From NCBI GenBank assembly GCA_030295235.1, contig AP026140.1, positions 744,001 through 808,000 of the forward strand: a DNA stretch of 64,000 bases, in the 5' to 3' direction. Made by a program: the position numbers and the translations under genes. Shown piece by piece: positions 57,718 to 64,000 of this stretch; the stretch's first letter is position 1; every line of letters begins with the position of its first letter. Below the pieces are notes generated by a model. The model was not told the DNA's origin. It searched no databases and was given only the letters and a program-made list of their open reading frames with translations. This DNA is from Fistulifera solaris (lineage: Eukaryota).

Positions 57718-60700
57718 TTAGTCTTCCTCCCAGAAATATTTGGTTTTGGTTGGTCGACGGGTTTCGGGTTCAGCTTGCTGTGCATCCATCATTGGTTGGT
57801 CATACACGCGTTCCCCAAACAAGCGTCGAATATTCATAGCGGTCAACTCATTGAACGAATTCGACGTCGTGTCGGCCGAAAGTAATTCATACCGCGGGTA
57901 GGGACCAATAACGCCCACACTGCGCATTTCCACTTCATGAGCCGCTGCCGACGCATGCGGAGTCGTATCAAACACGACGCAGTGGTCGGGTCGGCGTTCA
58001 TTTCGTAGGGCAGCGCCGAGCATCTGTTGACTTTCACGGCTGTATCCACTGCTCATAGAAACACGCTTGTCGAGCTCGAAAAGATCCGAGAGCCCCGCAT
58101 ACTCTAGCAAAATATCGACCTGATCCTTGTCCAGAAAAGATATCACCGAACATGGCATTTCTACATTGCGAAGGGAACTCACCCAGTTCCTTACACCATC
58201 CATGACTGTGACTGGAGGGAGCTTGTTAGCTTCGCTCGACGATCCAGCAGTATCAATTTCATTAACTGAATGAGCCCACGTTTGACGTCGAGTTGCTAAT
58301 TCATCCTTGTAAATCTTTGTTATTTCGTTGACGACATCAGCTTCTTCGGTCCATTGGAATCCAGTCCTAATGGCGTCTTCTTGGCCAACCGTTAGCGCAA
58401 AGATGACTTGCTCAGGATCTGGTGCTGTGTACCCCATTCGAAATGCTGTTGCGACCCATGCATCATACGCTACTTTATAAATTAGGTCTTGATCAACGCC
58501 GCTTTCCTTCTTTTGAGTCGCCTGTGAAATAGAGCTTTGAGGAGTAGATGAATTATCGCGCTCACTCTCCGACCTCCACGTTTTTCGTTTTTCTAGCTCT
58601 TTTCGATATAGGTCAACAAGCTCTGCTGCCCGTCTGGGGTCTGATGTCCACTGAAATCCTGTAGTTATGGCCTCTTCTGGTCCAACCGTCAGAGCAAACT
58701 GGATTTGTGCAGTATCAGGAACTCCGTGACCGAGATAAAACGACACCGCGGTCCATGCTTCCTTGGAAATTCGAAAAATCTCGTCCTGAGAAGGAAAATT
58801 GTGCATGCTTTCGGATTCATGAGAAGCTTTCATTTTTTCCCCTTCTAAGTCTTTGGAAGGCTGTCCAAGAAGACTTCGTATTGTTTCTTGGAACATATCA
58901 ACTGCTTGGTTTATGACAATTCTGTCCTCAGACCATGCAAAACCGTCTCGAACGGCGATCAATGGGTCGTTGATCACAAAGGCGGCCGCAACTTCATCGG
59001 GAGTAGGCTCATCAAAATCGAAAGCAGCTGCAACTTTTAACCAAGCGTGAAAGTGGATTTCCATTACCTCCGTCTTACTCAAAGGGCGATTATGCTGAGG
59101 TTGTCGCGGTTCCTGTTGAGTGGACTTGCTGGCAGAATTGCCAGACAAAAGAGTCTGAATTTAGATGCAATCGCATCTATCTCTGTTGGATTGCGAGTCC
59201 AGCGGAATACTTCAGCAACGGCTATATCAGGACTAAGAAGAGTAGATCTCAGAACTTCATCGTAAGTTGGTATTTGCTTCCCAAACTCTTGCGCTGTTTT
59301 CTCCCACGCAGTTGTGAAGCGCTGAATTGCCTCTGTTTCCCCACCAGCTAATCGCACTGTCTGTCTTTGTTCTGAACGAGGTTGCTTTTGCACTAATTCC
59401 TCGCCAATAGCAAGACTTCCCTGCGTTCCTTGCGCATCGAACTTTAATTCAGGTAGCGTCACCCCAGATTGCTGAGACCATTCGTTAAACACCTCAGAAA
59501 ATATTTTGTGATGCGCGATGGCTACTCTTGTGCACTGCATAAAATCATCGGTCCAAAACAAGCAGTCCTTCACTGCTATATCTGGGCGAGTCACAGAAGC
59601 CCTTCGAACATCCTCAACGGTAGGAACTCGATAGCCGAAATCGGCGGCGACGCGCGTCCATGATTCAAGGTGCAATCCGGTAAGGTCGACCAAAACGCCC
59701 TCCAAGCGAAAGATAGCACCAAAATCCTTAAATGGTTTATTGACGCGCGGTATGTATTGTGAGAACCCCGTTGAATACGTAGAGTCTCTGTGGTCGATCA
59801 AGGCATTCAGCTGTGCCACATCCAGTTCCGTGTATTCCATCAAATCCGCTTTACGACTAGCAAAGCTAACTGACCCCCAATTATCTTGTCTCCCTCTCTG
59901 ATAATCATTATCGAATTTGTAGTCAGCGTAATCGTCAGTCTCGAGTATGCTCCTTCCGAGAACATCGCTGATGTCGATTCCCATTTGACGCCCCTTGCCA
60001 GCCCGTCGACGTTCATATTCAGCAAGCTGCCTCAGGTTTTTGTCGTAATCTGTGTCGTCAAAAACCTGGTCGATGGTGTTTCCCGGAAAATTCTTCGGCC
60101 TCCCATTGCGTGATCTAGCCTCGTCCTGCTCCCGACGTAACCACTCTGGCATGTCTGGAGGGTAATCAGATTCTAAACTCTGCAAATTGTTACGCAAATC
60201 TTCTTCAATCTCGTCCTCTTCCTCGTCATCGTCGTCATCGTCTTGCTCGAATGCCAATGCCCCTCCCTGATCGCTGAACTGTCCTTCATCAAGGATCCGA
60301 ATGCGTTTTGGCTTCGGCCGTGGACCCAGCGATGCGATTACTTGATTCGCGTACTCTACATCGTCTAAGCTAGTCACATCGAGATCCGGATCAACAGAAT
60401 CATCCGACTGTATTGACTCTCTGATCTCCTTCTCTTTGTTTACAATTTCTTCATAATAAGCTTTTTGTTTTGCGTATTCGTCGGGATCGTCTCTATATCT
60501 TCCTCCTCCAACAGCAGAAACGGAGCGAAACATAGAGTCAATAACTTCCTTTTCATTTATCGAGGATTTCTGATCTTGAGCAACTGTATTGGAGTCAATT
60601 TTATTCTGTGAGTCGGAATCCTTCCTCCTTCTTTCTGGCCTCTTGCCGATTGTAGCGAGAATTTTGTCCGCATCGAAGTCGCCGTCACTTGTCATCACAT

Positions 60701-62682
60701 CCTCCAGCTTGTACTTGATGTTTGCTGTCAACACATCCCCTGATTCTCCACTAAGTCCGGACAAATCACGCTTTTCTTTTCAGTGGCCTTGAAATCTTCC
60801 CACTGTTCTCTGATAAGCCTCCGCTCCTCCGCTGTGCGTGCACCAGCACGACGGAACATTGCTTCGAGTTTCTGATCTTCCATGGAACCCAGTACGCCAG
60901 AAGAAGGCGCATACGATTGTTCACCTTCACCAGCGTCCATAAAAAACGGCGTCGAAGGTGGTCGAACTTTCGGAGTACTTTCTCCCAAGCTTTCCCTGTC
61001 AGCCGCATCCGTAAAGAAGGGCGTAGCAGGAGGCTGTAATTTCCGATTTATCTCCTCCGCCTTTTCGTTGAGAGTTTCGCCTTGATCCGGCTCGGACGTG
61101 AAGAACAATTTTTGGGGAGGCGTTTCAAACGGAATTGTCTCATATAAATTGTCATCATCCTGGGATGAAAAGACATCGCGGAGGTCCACAGGACTCTGGT
61201 CGATAATCGAAGCAGCCAAGGAAGTCTCATCCACGTCAAGATAATCGTTGGACTCTAAAGTGGATTTCAAATAATCGATTTCCGCTTGTAACTTGTCTCG
61301 TCTCTGTGCATCGCTGGTCGTCAGCAAGCTCTCTAACGCTTCAATTGACATTCGATTAATCTCTTTCCGTGTTTTGATTCGCTGTTGTAAATCTTCCGCG
61401 GCCGATAGGTGCTCTTGTCGTGATACACTTTGTGAGAGACTAGACTCCTGCCACTCAAACGGTAATTTCGGACCTCTCGCTAAACCGGACTGCCTCCGAA
61501 AGTCGTCTTCTTTAAGAACGTACTCCTTCCACGACGCCAAGCGTTCATTGATTTGCCCTTCAAACTGTCGTTCCGAATCCAGATAGTCACTCCCACTACT
61601 CGACCCCCCTGTCAATCGCGTAGCAATCGCTCTGTACATTTGCCATTCTTTCAGGGTCTCGGGTCGTATTGACCCTTTGGAGCGCTCTTCCTTTTCTATC
61701 CTCTCGCGCAAGTCTTCAATATTCGCATCGAGAATATCGAGAATAGTTTCCCCTCCTTCTTCGTATTGTTTCCCAGACGCAATAAGTTCCAAGCGACTCA
61801 GGACCCACTGATCTAAATCTTGTCCCTCGGACGGTTTTGCCAAAGGGTCTATATTACTATCTTTGGCCGCTTTCCGAAAAGCATCTTCTTCGTACTGCAA
61901 AACTCCTCTCTTTGACTTTGCAACGCCTCCCGTTGTCGGAACTCTTTCTCACTCTGCTCCATAAGCTGTTGTACTTTTTCACTGGGAGGTTCCATTGCCA
62001 AATCCTTTTCATTCACCATAGCTTTCAATTCGGCTTCCAACTGCATCATATTTTCCACCTGCAAGGTTTCCTTGGTTTGTTGAATTTCTCGTTCCATTTC
62101 CTGATTCATGACCGATCGTATCATGGCTTCGGCATTCTCGGGCACCGAATCCGGATCGTCTCGTCGTTGCTCTTCCAACAAATCCAATGTATCTTGCATC
62201 ATTTCGTTATAACGACCAACAATCTTTTGTCGTTCTTGTTGAAACCAGGTCTCATCGTTTCCTTTGCCTTTTCTTGTTTTCTCTTCTTCTACTTCCTCAC
62301 TCGGCTCCCCTAATATATCCGACAAACTCGGCATACCGGCAAACAAACTTTCGAATTTACTTTTTACGCGTGCCGGTGGTTCCACCGTACTCCCATCGTC
62401 GACATTGATGGATTGTACCATGGGTGATGAATTTGTAGAAGAAATCCATTCGCGCAAACGATCCCTTTTCCGTTTGCGATCTTCGCGACTCGTTCGAAGA
62501 ATATCGAGCAAATTTGGTGGTTCATCATCGCTTTTGCTGGCGTAGTGTCGTGTCGAACGGGGAGAGATGTGAGAGCGCAGTGAAGGGACGCTGAATCCCT
62601 GCGCCGAATAATAATAACACGATAGGAAAGCGAGTAGGTACGCGACGACGACGCGCGGGTTGTTGGCGGGGAAAAAGTACAT
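57718..62682 (-). CDS. Very large (about 1650 aa) predicted plastid protein: acidic coiled-coil N-terminal half plus HAD-like (CbbY/subfamily IA) domain with five cap repeats; three apparent frameshifts
   Basis: Four overlapping same-strand ORFs; presequence ..SAQG-FS; FGAIFRLEGVLVD, MDGVRNWVSSL, ERRPDHCVVFD and YPRYELLSAD..FNELTAMNIRRLF. Confidence 0.75.
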
Positions 62683-63293
62683 CGTGTTTCAGCCAATTCT
62701 CTGTCTTGACGCGATTCTTGATGTATTTAACTCGAAAGAATTTGTAATTTATTTTCAAATAAAGCATTGAATAGAATAATGTTCTCTTGCGTTTCGATTT
62801 GCTGCTCTTTTTCGCGGCGATGATGACACGCAACGCCGCGTCTTCGCGAAGCGTTCGAAAATTGTCGTATGTAGAAGCAGGTACTTGTGAACAGGAATCA
62901 AATCGAGACCCGAAATGGAAAATCGCTAACCTTAACGAAGCATTAGAATAATACGGAGTAAAATGCGCGACACACAAAAAAAAAAAAACAGAGAAATGAT
63001 ATAGGCACGCCGTAAACCTTATCATAATCAAATAAGATAAACATTACAAAATGAATTCTATGCCCAGGGTCTACGCCCCCATTTCGTCTCGGAATGATAG
63101 AATCATATCATTACTTTCTGCTGTTTTGATGCGAAAACTGAGCACGACGCGAGACATTTCTTCTTGGGAAATTGGTACTACCACCGTAGCTATTGTTTTA
63201 TTTTCCAGCAGTATCACGTTTCGGCAGTACCTGACTCAATTCACACGCCATACGTGTCTCCATTTGTTTGTGATCGATGTCACAACGACGAAA

Positions 63294-63632
63294 ATGGCAG
63301 TCCGAGAACAACTGGAATCTCTTCAGAAATTGCTCGATCCGAGTATTCCCCTCTTTCTCGTTGCGGACGGTGATGTTCCTGACTCAACAAGTTTCTTGTT
63401 CAATTCGCGTGTTGCGACACATACCATTCACTTGTTCCCGTCTCGAATTCCGGCATCCGCAGAATCTCAATTGGTTTTGTTGACGGACGAGCATCACATC
63501 CAAGCCTTGTTTCCCGAGACAATTTTTGCGGTTGTTCCCGCCGAAGCCAAGACGAATGATGTGTGGAAGTGTCGCTTGATATTGAAATATATTCAGGCTA
63601 TTTTGCATGTGCAGCAGCGCTCTCGACTGTGA
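63294..63632 (+). CDS. Short hypothetical protein
   Basis: Open frame MAVREQLESLQKLLDP..KCRLILKYIQAILH; no recognised motif. Confidence 0.35.
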   Translation: MAVREQLESLQKLLDPSIPLFLVADGDVPDSTSFLFNSRVATHTIHLFPSRIPASAESQLVLLTDEHHIQALFPETIFAVVPAEAKTNDVWKCRLILKYIQAILHVQQRSRL

Positions 63633-64000
63633 TGTAAGTGATTGTAATTCGTCTTTACAGATAATATAACGACCTCAACACCACTACTTGATCCAAATAG
63701 AATTATTCATCCCCCTGTATCGCAAACATTACAGGTTCAAAACGCCAATTATTAACGATTCCTCGACAGTCGAAAGTGAATGCTTTTCGAAGACGACTTA
63801 GAAAGTTCAGGCTGACCGGTTCGACATAGCTTCGAAGCGATGACCTTCAATTTTCAACCCTATAAGCTGCTTATTCTTATCCTGCGATAGAACCTGAACC
63901 CTATAATATAACAACCAATTTGTCGATCTCCTTTTTCAAATGGACGCAAGAACATGACCAGGTATAATAAAAGCTGCACCGCATGCGCTTTTCCTTTCTT

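Noticed and set aside
952..62682. Programmed frameshifting or mass pseudogenisation of host genes
   Set aside because: Indels hit conserved genes (RPA43, Lhc, psbM) mostly at homopolymers, which is typical of long-read error.
1..64000. CRISPR array, rRNA or prokaryotic operon
   Set aside because: No regularly spaced repeat-spacer array or rRNA-like sequence; genes have spliceosomal introns and eukaryotic targeting signals.

Overview
Gene-dense eukaryotic nuclear DNA, almost certainly from a diatom. Evidence: bipartite ASAFAP-type plastid presequences, an Lhcr-type antenna gene, nuclear intron-containing psbM, short GT-AG introns and diatom CoDi-type Copia elements. A three-copy lineage-specific family suggests a Fistulifera-like raphid pennate, which is inference only. 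The window holds about 27 protein genes and two full-length, apparently young Ty1/Copia LTR retrotransposons (17745-24547 minus; 37915-45198 plus). Many ORFs are broken by 1-bp indels, often in homopolymers, which look like uncorrected long-read errors, so gene models were rebuilt by eye across frames. The most unusual object is the first retrotransposon: 87/88-bp LTRs ending 5'-CG...CG-3' instead of TG...CA, a 4-bp target duplication, and a primer-binding site complementary to the anticodon arm of tRNA-Lys(UUU), implying half-tRNA priming with a non-initiator tRNA. Other highlights: a signal-peptide-bearing YqaJ/lambda-exonuclease-like nuclease, a giant plastid HAD-like protein with five tandem cap domains, a secreted intradiol-dioxygenase-like protein lacking iron ligands, three bestrophin-like paralogs, and a recurrent TACCWGGTA palindrome upstream of genes. 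No rRNA, tRNA gene or CRISPR array was seen.
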